A stretch of DNA of 58,357 bases, the filler included, from Globobulimina sp. (taxonomy: Eukaryota): NCBI GenBank assembly GCA_003354225.1. It is 6 parts of 6 records of this genome, joined end to end, with 100 filler letters (N's around TTAATTAATTAA, not from the genome) between each part and the next. Parts side by side here need not be neighbours in the genome. Positions count along the whole stretch, not along the records: positions 19,702 to 29,367 come from PIVH01000038.1; positions 29,468 to 39,130 come from PIVH01000039.1; 4 more parts are not named here. The stretch is one strand, 5' to 3'. Shown piece after piece: positions 21,160 to 31,336 of the stretch. Made by a program: the position numbers and the translations under genes. Position 1 is the stretch's first letter. Each line of letters starts with the position of its first letter. Under the pieces are notes generated by a model. It made no database searches. It was not told the origin of the DNA and was given only the letters and a program-made list of their open reading frames with translations.

Positions 21160-23469
21160 ATGGCACGTATCCAATCCACTTTTGACTTGAAGGCGAGTTT
21201 ATCAGTTTCTAGATGTCATTACATTCGCTCAGATTGCATTCATAAGAGGTATGTGTTCAAATGTTTGCATGTGATATCGATAAAATTAATTACATTCTTT
21301 GTCAGATATTTGAGTGTGGCACGCAATGATGACAGCAAGAGACACAGATTACGTTTAAGACATAATCATGACATTGGAAGTTATATTAAAGCAATATCAA
21401 AATGTGGTAATAATGAGAACCGCGCATTAAAAATATTCTCAACCATAATTGATTGGAATTTATCACCAGATTTACATACATTTAATGCATTAATTAATGT
21501 AGCATCAAAAGCACAAAATTTGTCATTATGTTGGGATTTATTAAATAAAATGAGATTAAAATATCAAATATATCCAAATCATGAGACATATCTTGTTTTA
21601 TTTGATACAATGTTAAAACACAAGCAATATAATGACATACTAAACGAATTTGAAGATATTGTTCAAGAATACAAATATATTCACCCCGATCATTCTCTGT
21701 TGTTATTGACAAGCATCAATCAAATATTACCAATAACAATCATTTCATGCGGTAAATTGAATAAAATTGATCTGGCAAAGCAATTATTCAACCAATGGTA
21801 TAATAATGAGAACAATAATAACAATGCGATTATCAACTCCATAATATCTGTCTTAGCGACTGATAATGTCAATGATGCAATAATATTTTTTAAGGATGTT
21901 ATTTTGAATAAAAATAATAAATTTATGTATAGTGATAATAGAGCGTATATATCATTGTTACATTCATCTGTCGACAAAGAAGAAATATATGAAATGATAT
22001 TGAAGAATAACAATGGCAATAATAATTTATTAGGGCTTGATATATTTAATATGATGTTAAAATACTACAATAAAAATAAGAATTGGTGTGGATCAATAAA
22101 AATTTGGCAGCACATTCAGTTTTATAAAACAAAGCCAGATTCAATGAGTCATATTTTTTATATACAATCATTAGTCCATTCAAATAGGGACAAAAAAGAA
22201 ATTGAAATGGAAATAGAGGCAATAATGAAGGATCGGAGTGAGATAATTAACGAATTGTTAGCAAAATGTATGATTTGGGCAATGATTGAAATTGGATTAG
22301 ATCCAAATAATATTTTTCTAGATTTTAAATATAAATTATTGATATTACCAAATATTTCATTATATAATGAATTATTATACTTTTCGATAAAACAGTTGGA
22401 TTATAAACAAGCATTGGACATTTTGGATGAAATTAAGAAAAGCAATTTAAAATTAAATACACAAACCTTTAACACATTAATTTATGGAGTAAGTAAATTG
22501 AATGATATTGATTTGATTGACGAGTTATTACAAGAAATGAATAAAGCACAATGCCCTATGAATGAATATACATATCTTTATTTATTAAGCCTTTATGCAA
22601 AAAATGGCGATATTCAAATGTGTAATTATTATTTAAATCAAATTCAAAACAATCACAATGCGTATCCACATTTAATTAATTGCTATGCCAATTATTTCTC
22701 ATTGGATAATAATAACAATACAGGCAATAATAATGAGTTTGAATTTAATCAATGTTTAATTTATTGGAATAAATTAAAATCATTTAACAAAGCAAATCTA
22801 TTGAGCTATATATTGATGCTAAAATGTTTAAAAAATTATACTCGAAATATTGAACAGCACCATAAAATATTGAATTTTACCATAAACCTATTTGAGAATG
22901 AATTTTTAAAATTATTTAAAACAAATGATAATAATATAAATAACAGTAATAATATGCGAGTGGCCTTCAATTTATTGTTAGATATTTTCTATGAAATAAA
23001 TGAGATTGAATTGGGTTTAAAATATTTTGTTTTAGCTGAATCGGTTGGAATATATAGTACAAAGAAAACAAATTATAAAATAGATATCCATGCAATGACA
23101 AGATACCCAGCAATATTTTCAGTTTTATATTTTTTAAAATCATTAAAACAAATATATGATACTAATCATAATGAAAAGTGGAATGAAAAACAATATGAAA
23201 TTATAACTGGTGTTGGCATGACTTCAATTGATTGGATTCCTGTTTTAAAACCAATTATTTTGGATTTATTAAATAACAAACTATCAAAGGCGATAACATA
23301 TCATATTCCAAGTTATAACCAAGGTGTAATTCTTTTAGATCCTCATTCTTTGAAAACATATTTCAAAACAAACCAATCAATAAAACTCAAATTGGACAAA
23401 ATTGAGATGAAAACAAAACAAAACAACTCATCCAACATTCAAACAGAAAATCACAATTTGCACATTTAG
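21160..23469 (+). CDS. PPR protein with C-terminal SMR domain
   Basis: PPR repeats (PDLHTFNALINV, NTQTFNTLIYG); SMR motifs IDIHAMT, IITGVG and NQGVI. Confidence 0.82.
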   Translation: MARIQSTFDLKASLSVSRCHYIRSDCIHKRYVFKCLHVISIKLITFFVRYLSVARNDDSKRHRLRLRHNHDIGSYIKAISKCGNNENRALKIFSTIIDWNLSPDLHTFNALINVASKAQNLSLCWDLLNKMRLKYQIYPNHETYLVLFDTMLKHKQYNDILNEFEDIVQEYKYIHPDHSLLLLTSINQILPITIISCGKLNKIDLAKQLFNQWYNNENNNNNAIINSIISVLATDNVNDAIIFFKDVILNKNNKFMYSDNRAYISLLHSSVDKEEIYEMILKNNNGNNNLLGLDIFNMMLKYYNKNKNWCGSIKIWQHIQFYKTKPDSMSHIFYIQSLVHSNRDKKEIEMEIEAIMKDRSEIINELLAKCMIWAMIEIGLDPNNIFLDFKYKLLILPNISLYNELLYFSIKQLDYKQALDILDEIKKSNLKLNTQTFNTLIYGVSKLNDIDLIDELLQEMNKAQCPMNEYTYLYLLSLYAKNGDIQMCNYYLNQIQNNHNAYPHLINCYANYFSLDNNNNTGNNNEFEFNQCLIYWNKLKSFNKANLLSYILMLKCLKNYTRNIEQHHKILNFTINLFENEFLKLFKTNDNNINNSNNMRVAFNLLLDIFYEINEIELGLKYFVLAESVGIYSTKKTNYKIDIHAMTRYPAIFSVLYFLKSLKQIYDTNHNEKWNEKQYEIITGVGMTSIDWIPVLKPIILDLLNNKLSKAITYHIPSYNQGVILLDPHSLKTYFKTNQSIKLKLDKIEMKTKQNNSSNIQTENHNLHI

Positions 23470-23620
23470 TGATCATGTAATCAGGTTCTTTACTTCCAGT
23501 TTAGCGCTTAATAAACCCGAATACCACTAAAGCTGTTTTCCAAAAAAGTGAGTGAAATTTCCGGAATTTGCTCTCATGTCAGCTAGTGTCAGTCAAGAGC
23601 TTTAACTTTCAACATCTAAA

Positions 23621-25246
23621 ATGAGTCAACATTATAATAATAATTTGTTGGTGGACACCAATGGTCACACCAATGGTCACTCCCTGGAGAAGGAAGATTC
23701 AGCAAATTACTCTTTTAATAGTGATTTAGAACCAACATATACAATAACATCACACAGCAGAGCTATTCCAGTGAATATCAATAGGGAACAAGTCGAAGCG
23801 GATGCATTGCAACTTCAACAATCTGCCATTGAAAATAGTATGACGACGCCATTTCGACCACCAACGCTATCCCGAAGTGAGTCTATGTCGTCTCGAGTAT
23901 TTGAATTTGTTGGTAGTAAATTCTCAGCGGGTTCCATCAAAGGATCTATATTTACAATGTGTATATCTATTGTCGGTGCCGGTTGTCTGGCTTTGCCATT
24001 TGCTCTGAGGAGTGTCGGCCTCATATTTGGTGTTTTTTTATTATTTTTTGGTGCCATTTTAGCATATTTCACACTTGATTTGCTTTTAATGTCTGCTGAA
24101 TACCTTCCAGAGACACATCGGGGACCCAAACCATATCGAAATATATCCTATCATATGTTAGCAAAACATTCTTATGGCAATGGCTTATCGCGAGCACTCC
24201 AGGTTTTAATGGCAATACAATACTTCGGAAGTATGCTGTCTTACGTAGTGGCATTCAGTGGCTTTATTGATTTGGTTTATTCCATTTATCCCCACGGGAA
24301 AGGGTGGCCCAGTAATATTTATAGCATATGCGTAGTTGGAATCAGTTATTGCGTCATATTGCCATTATCGCTTTTACGAAGTATCGACTCATTGCGTTTT
24401 ACCTCTTTGTTAGGCTTTTCTATGGCCGGCTATTTAGTGTCTGTTGTAACTATCGAATATTTTGTATTATGTAACGATGGAGAAAGTATTACCAATCATT
24501 ATCAGACCACATGCATTTGGAGTCATGCTCCACAATATCATATTCCACATAATATATTATGGCCTCTCGACACATTTGAAAATTTTTATAAAGGATTTTT
24601 AACTGCATTCCCGTTGGTTGTCTTTGCTTATACGGGACATCCATTCTTGTTGCCTTTATATGTGGAACTGGCCAGACCTTCAATAAGGAGAATGAGAAAA
24701 GTATTCAGACGCGGAATATGCGTAATCACTGTGTTGTATTTTTTCATCGCACTATTCGGTTTCTTATTATTTCTTGATAGTGTTTGCAGCAATTTATTAT
24801 TAAACAACTTTCGTAAACACTTTGATGTTGTTATTGCTTCATTAGGCATTGCAATCTCATGCATATTAACTGAACCAATATTTGCATATAATTTTCGAAG
24901 AATGATTGGAATGATATTCTGGGACAAAACAACAAAGCAAATAACAACAGCCTGGCATGTGGTCATTACTGTTTTATTTATCACTGCAACTGTTCTCTTA
25001 GGTGTTTCTGTCAAATCAATTGCTGTGGTATTTGGAATTTTAGGCAGTACAACTTATCCATTATTGGGCTATATATTACCGGCAATGTTCTTTTATAAAA
25101 TGGCACCTTCAGGTTCCCATAAAATAAGGAAAATTATTGCTATAACGCAAGCAATATGCATTGCTATCATCAGTCTAAATTCATTGGCATATAAAGTTAC
25201 TACCCCACTCGATGAATCTTGTGATAATGCTCAAAGTATTGGGTAG
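23621..25246 (+). CDS. Amino acid transporter (AAAP / SLC38-like)
   Basis: SIVGAGCLALPFA and FPLVVFAYTGH motifs, about 11 TM helices. Confidence 0.92.
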   Translation: MSQHYNNNLLVDTNGHTNGHSLEKEDSANYSFNSDLEPTYTITSHSRAIPVNINREQVEADALQLQQSAIENSMTTPFRPPTLSRSESMSSRVFEFVGSKFSAGSIKGSIFTMCISIVGAGCLALPFALRSVGLIFGVFLLFFGAILAYFTLDLLLMSAEYLPETHRGPKPYRNISYHMLAKHSYGNGLSRALQVLMAIQYFGSMLSYVVAFSGFIDLVYSIYPHGKGWPSNIYSICVVGISYCVILPLSLLRSIDSLRFTSLLGFSMAGYLVSVVTIEYFVLCNDGESITNHYQTTCIWSHAPQYHIPHNILWPLDTFENFYKGFLTAFPLVVFAYTGHPFLLPLYVELARPSIRRMRKVFRRGICVITVLYFFIALFGFLLFLDSVCSNLLLNNFRKHFDVVIASLGIAISCILTEPIFAYNFRRMIGMIFWDKTTKQITTAWHVVITVLFITATVLLGVSVKSIAVVFGILGSTTYPLLGYILPAMFFYKMAPSGSHKIRKIIAITQAICIAIISLNSLAYKVTTPLDESCDNAQSIG

Positions 25247-25473
25247 CAATTATGTGCTACAATTTAACTCTTTCAACCTTACATACTTTAATATCTTTTT
25301 ATGAACCTTTTTTGTTTTGATGGTTATTTACATATTATATATTATTAATTGTGGGGTTTTCGCTTTTTTAGCTGTTTTTACGTATTAATTTAGTTGATTT
25401 TTAAAATTTGCAATTACGAAAAAAAAACATTTAGTGCTTTCAAATTTAGTGCTTTCAGCAGAAGCAATTAGCA

Positions 25474-26861
25474 ATGGGCTGTACTTCTTCTGAAAACGTA
25501 AATATGGATTACATGATATCACACGAACCTGATATAAGTAGCGAGTATGATTATCGTCATTTTATAATTTCAGCCTATATCCGTTCTGTAGCCTTACTTT
25601 TGGATAACGAGGAAAACGATGAATATGATATATTTTTATTAATACCAACAACACTAAGCAAAATAATTGAGAAATATTATCAACACTTTGAGATATACAA
25701 CATATCAATACGTGATTTAAAAATACGTAATGTGTCAGAATTAGAATATCTTATTTATAATTGTTCGCGAACCAATATATTTTATGATGGAAATAATAAA
25801 TTATATATTAAAGATTTTGAAAATAAAATGCATGCATTTGTGGAAAATGAGTTCGAGAGAGAAGATAAAGAGAAAGGGAATATTAATTTTATTTTTAGCG
25901 AAACTTATTGTTTTAGTGATTTTATGTGCGGATCAAATGAAATTGAATTAATTAAACATAGTCTTTACAACGAATATCGCAAAATAATTAAATTGAAAAA
26001 TGGAAATATATATACACAATATAGCAAAAATCCAAACGGCTGGAAATATATTTCAAAATTAAAACGTATAAATATAATTGAGATAGATTGTGGTTTTGAT
26101 CATACATTATTTTTAACATTGGATGGCCAGGTATACAGCCAAGGGAATAATGTGTGCGGTCAATGCGGTATTATCAAAAGAAAAAATGGAATCAGAATTA
26201 ATGATTCATTTATTAATACACCAACTTTAATAGATACGTTTATTGCAAATGATTGCAATATAAAATCAATCAGTTGTGGCCATGGACATAATGTTTGTAT
26301 CGATAATGCAAATGATAAACAAGGCTTTGTATGGATGTTTGGCAGAAATAAAGTATGGCAATGCACTCCAAACTATATTGATCAAGAGGAAGAATTATAT
26401 TTACCGACAATAAACAGATCTTTTGTTGATACAAAAATAATAAAAGCAAAATGTGGCAATGATTTTACAGTTTTATTATCACAGAAAGGATTTTTATATG
26501 GTTTAGGTAATATTAATGGACAAATAAATTTAGAAATAAAAGGCGTCTCATTATTAAGTATCAGGAACGATGTTATTGATGTTGAGTGCAGCAGCAATTA
26601 TGTTGTATGGCAAACAAACCAAAATAAAATATATTCATTGGAATCAAAACAATCTTGGTTTGTTTGTTTCTTTCTAAAATTAATAATTAAACAACTGAAC
26701 CTGTAAATAATTAATAATTTTACAGGTGGTATGGATGGAATAGAAATCGGACATTTACACAAGATTGGAATTCGTCGAAACCAATTTATTGGAAATCATT
26801 CAAAAACAATCATCATAGAATGCTTGTTGGCAAAAGGAATTTTATTTTGTTTACAAACTGA
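25474..26861 (+). CDS. RCC1-repeat protein with N-myristoylation/palmitoylation motif (2 exons)
   Basis: MGCTSS N-terminus; IDCGFDHTLFL, GQVYSQGNN..GQCG and ISCGHGHNV repeats; intron 26658-26725 gives SWWYGWN...LFTN*. Confidence 0.82.
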
Positions 26862-27201
26862 AGCCATTGCCATTCCAGGTGATACTACATACAACATACA
26901 AAGTGCAAACACATTTGACTTTTTAGGTTCACACTTCTTTTGTGATTGACTAAGTTTTTTGTGATGTTCTGTATTTTTATTATTTTTCTCATTATTCTTC
27001 CAAGAATATTAGTATTCTTGATTCTTCTCTTAATTCTATGTTTTCACAGTTTCAATAAGATGTAAAAAGAAGAACTTGTCAACAAAAAGATGAAACTCTA
27101 CAAGCAAAAAAAAAGGCAACAATTATAACAATTAACAACAACAACACAGCAAAAACAAAAACAAATAAAATAATAATACATAACAAAATGTAATTCCTTT
27201 T

Positions 27202-29367
27202 TTATTTAGGTTTTGAAGAAGATTTATGTTTGTGTTTTTTGTGATGTTTATCTTTTCTGTCTTTTTTTTTATTTTTCTCTTTTTGTGCTTTTCTTTTCTT
27301 TTTTTTTGTAATTTTAATCCATTGTTTTTTATGATATTGATCTAAAGCCGTATACATCATATGGCGCACTCCGAACTTTGTTTTGATCGATTGTTCAAAC
27401 TCAAAACTTAAATCAAACTTATCACCATGCATTATTTCATCCTCGTCATGCATTTCTTTAAAATACGCGTGTTTTAAGGAATCCTGCGCAGAAATACGAT
27501 CACCGGGATCCAATGCTAATAATTTATACAATAAATCCGTACAATTCTCCAAATCTGCCTCCGTACAATTATTCTCATCAAATTTATGTTTAATCATTTT
27601 TCGAATATTTTTGCCATTATGCTTTGGCAATTTGATCACCCAATTCCTGGCCTGGTCATTTAAAATCCATTCAGTCGATTTGGGCGTGCCCATCACATCA
27701 AATATCTGTTGTAGCTGATCCAAATAATTTGCGCCGGGAAACAACGGTCTCCGTAATATCATCTCCGCCAAAATGCAGCCCACGCCCCAAATATCCATTT
27801 TTTCGTCGTAACGACCGCCACTACACATCACCTCTGGCGATCTATACCACCGCGTACAGACATATTCAGTGGCTTTGGCATTTTCAGGATTATCGGAATT
27901 CTCCTTTCCTAACACACCGCGCGCTAAGCCAAAATCTATGATCTTTACGTCACAATCACTGCCATTCAGCAATATATTTTCGGGCTTAATGTCGCGATGA
28001 ATCACGCCGGACTCATGAATAAAGGCCAAACCTCGCAATACCTGATACGTTAAATATTGGTAATGTAAGTTGGATAATTTCTGTTTACTGGTAATTATTT
28101 TACACAAATTACTCTCCAATAAAGGCATTACAATATATACATCTTCAAAGGTTTGAATCTCAGAGACAATCGGCGGCAAACTATCATAGATCTCAATTAA
28201 ATCGGGATGCCGAAATCGATTATAATGTAATAATAATTTGATTTCTCGCAATATCCTGCGCGCATCGCGTATATCATCAAATATATGTTTATTTTTTTTG
28301 ATTGCCACTCGTTTTTTAGTCCGCTCATCGATGGCCTCACACACCACGGCGTACGCTCCGCTCCCTATCAATCGAATGGGTTTGTAATACTCATACAGCT
28401 CAAATATCTCATTCTTGATTCGAAACTTACATTTCTTATCTGCCAAAATCATGGACTTCTCCATCTCCTCCTTCTCCCGCTCTTTCTCCCTCTCTTTGGA
28501 TTCTTTGCTGTGCTTTTTCTTGCTGGCACTGCCATGGTCGCTGTTGGCCTTATTGCGCAATTTTAGATCGACATGAGACGCCGATTTACGATTCATTCGG
28601 TCCCGATTATAATCGGCTTGCTCTTCAGGATTGGCCTCTGATTTGTTGCGCTGCATTCGTCGATCCCTGCCATTGTCGCCTGGTTTCAGTGTGTTTGGTT
28701 TCTGTGACCGCGACCTGACCGGTGCCTGCATACTGTGTCGTTTTAGGTGGCTGTTATCCTTTGCTTTCATATGACTGCCACGTTTGGGTGGCGCTCTTAT
28801 CCCACTCTCTCTGTCTCGCTCTCTGTCTCTGACCCGGTCCCTGTCTCCGCCACTTGTTTTGTTATTATTTTGTGACGACGATCTCTTACGCATTTGTTTG
28901 TTGCTTGCTTTGATTTTTCCGTTGCTTGTCTCTTTATTTTTGTTTTTATTTTTGTTTTTGTCTTTGTCTTTTTTCGATTTCTTTTTCTTAGACGATTTTC
29001 TTTCTGTGTTCTATGTATATAACACATGCGCGCAAATTCGCATATTTTTACAGGTTTTCTATAAATATTACCTGTGATTTTGGGGGTTTTGGTGGTTTTG
29101 GTAGTTTTGGTAGTTTGTGAGATGGAGGCTTAGGCGGTATGTTTTTGTTTGATTTTTTTATATTTTGAAATTTCGCTTTGAATGAACTTAAATTAGTTTT
29201 GGAGGCACTTTTTTTGTGCGGCACATCATTATCATATTGTTTGTTATCGTCATCCTCATAGTTTATAGAGCCACTGCGTCCAAATAACTCTTTGCCTTTG
29301 GATAAGAGCCCTTTCCCACTAAACAGCGACGAGCCTTTTTTATTCAATGAATCTGAGCCGGATTTCT
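27202..29367 (-). CDS. MAP kinase (TEY) with long basic N-terminal extension; 5' truncated
   Basis: GSGAYAVV, HRDIKPEN, DFGLAR and TEYVCTRWYRSPE; intron 29071-29011 links an upstream exon that is open to the contig edge. Confidence 0.93.
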
Positions 29368-29467
29368 NNNNNNNNNNNNNNNNNNNNNNNNNNNNNNNNN
29401 NNNNNNNNNNNTTAATTAATTAANNNNNNNNNNNNNNNNNNNNNNNNNNNNNNNNNNNNNNNNNNNN
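29368..29467. other. Artificial contig linker
   Basis: N44-TTAATTAATTAA-N44. Confidence 0.99.
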
Positions 29468-30913
29468 TTTATTATTTCTGTGAGCCGAAGTGTGTATGTT
29501 TTGGGCGAAACGGGTATCAATGTATTGACCATGTCTGTGATTGCTGTGTATAAAGAAGACAGCGAGAATACATTTCGCTTAATTTTGTTGACGGAGTCCT
29601 CTGATTATTTACAATTAGCGCGCAGCAGTTCTGATTTATATTTATTCGAACCAAGCGATGGTGGTACAATTTCCAAAGGTTCCTTCACTGCAAAGTCCGA
29701 TGCGGTGACAAAAGACGAACAGATTACTGGCGCCATTGCAGGCTGCTTGAATAACAAAGCATTTATTTGTAGTCAATTATGGGAGATTACGGCCGAAAAT
29801 GTAGAGTGTGCTGAAAATGAGGATGGGATTAATTTCAGTGGGCGGTATGCATTGCAATTTGAGACTTCGTGCAGAGCGCAGCCGGATATCTCTGCGGATT
29901 TAGCCACTCATTGCGCGGATTGGTTGGCTTTGCATCCAGATATTGATGGGCCTGAACCTGTGACATTGTATGCCACATTGACATGGAAAGACGAAATATG
30001 CGATCCTCAATTATTTGAAACGCAGTTTGGCGCAGAAATGCAATTTTATACAGATAGCGGTTACAGTGTTGAAGCGGGTAATACATTGTATGAAGTTGGC
30101 GTAGATCCTATTTATGTGAAAATCACCACAAATTATCCGCAAGATACGTATGAAATTTTCGATACGGAGTTGATTAATGTATGGATCTGTACCTTTGACC
30201 CAACGTATTCTGTGGATTTGGACGAGTTTACCGGCGGCTGTTTTGATACAAATCGCGATGACACTGGTTATGTGTATAATATTTATAAAAGCGATAACCC
30301 ATTGATCGAAGAGGAAGGCTTTGTGTTGGGCGGGGTGGATGGTTCCGGTCATCCCAGTTTGGATGGTTCGGCAGTAACGCGAGTGTTGGAATTTTATTTT
30401 AAAGTTCCGCCTAAAATCCAAAGGGATACATTATGGGTTCATGCTCAAATTGACGTAGCATTAACCAATGGGAATAGGAGAAGATTGGCGGCCAATGCTG
30501 GAGCAATTCCAGCAAATGAAATATCAAATCAAATGCAACATTTTGTGGATAATATTGCGGTGGGCCATGGAAGAGGTAATAAGCCACCACCACAACAGCC
30601 ATTTTATCAACGACCAAATTATCAACAACCGCAGCAAGTAAATTATCCAAATTATGGACCAGCTGCAGCTGCACCGTCATCATTTGTGGTGTCATTATCA
30701 TCGCCGTGGGTTATTGCGATTGGAGGTTTGTTAGCAGTGATATTGGTGTTTAATATCGTGTTTATGTGTTATATGAATTGTAGAGGAAGAGGGCGAGGAA
30801 TTGTAGGAAGAGCTTCGTTGAATAGAAGACGAAGAAGTGGCTATACATCGGTGAAAAATGTGGATTCGGAGGATTTTAATGATTCGGAAGTAAATGCTAT
30901 TAATGTCGAGTAG
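29468..30913 (+). CDS. Type I membrane protein with ZP-C-like domain and RRRL site; 5' truncated
   Basis: Cys-containing acidic ectodomain, RRRL at 30476-30487, Q/P/Y-rich linker, TM helix and short tail. Confidence 0.7.
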   Translation, partial: FIISVSRSVYVLGETGINVLTMSVIAVYKEDSENTFRLILLTESSDYLQLARSSSDLYLFEPSDGGTISKGSFTAKSDAVTKDEQITGAIAGCLNNKAFICSQLWEITAENVECAENEDGINFSGRYALQFETSCRAQPDISADLATHCADWLALHPDIDGPEPVTLYATLTWKDEICDPQLFETQFGAEMQFYTDSGYSVEAGNTLYEVGVDPIYVKITTNYPQDTYEIFDTELINVWICTFDPTYSVDLDEFTGGCFDTNRDDTGYVYNIYKSDNPLIEEEGFVLGGVDGSGHPSLDGSAVTRVLEFYFKVPPKIQRDTLWVHAQIDVALTNGNRRRLAANAGAIPANEISNQMQHFVDNIAVGHGRGNKPPPQQPFYQRPNYQQPQQVNYPNYGPAAAAPSSFVVSLSSPWVIAIGGLLAVILVFNIVFMCYMNCRGRGRGIVGRASLNRRRRSGYTSVKNVDSEDFNDSEVNAINVE

Positions 30914-31336
30914 ATTAAAATATATTTTTTTTTGTACCTTCTCCAAAATAAAATAAAACGCTTATACCAAAATATATGTTTCTTTTTTGTTTGTTTCTTT
31001 TTTGTTTAAATAGTATTATTTTTTAATTTTATGTACAATCGATACTTTCATAGTGACACTCATTCAATATAAACGAGCTCGGGAATTGTACATAAAATCA
31101 CATGACTGCAGCCTTTTTTTTTTAACCAACGCCTCAGTGCCTACTCAGGTACCATTAGATAACACCCCTAGGCCTCGATTTGCAGCACAGGGAACAACAT
31201 AATGCGATTCTAAAATTTCACAATATACAATATTATTTAATTAATCACAAAAAAACACAAAGAAACATTGCATGCATCTGACGGTAGTTATTGTGTGCTA
31301 TATTAATACAAAAAAAAAATTAAAAATAAACACATA

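Noticed and set aside
26731-26949. Separate 72-aa ORF
   Set aside because: Better explained as the last exon of the RCC1 gene read in another frame, ending at 26861.
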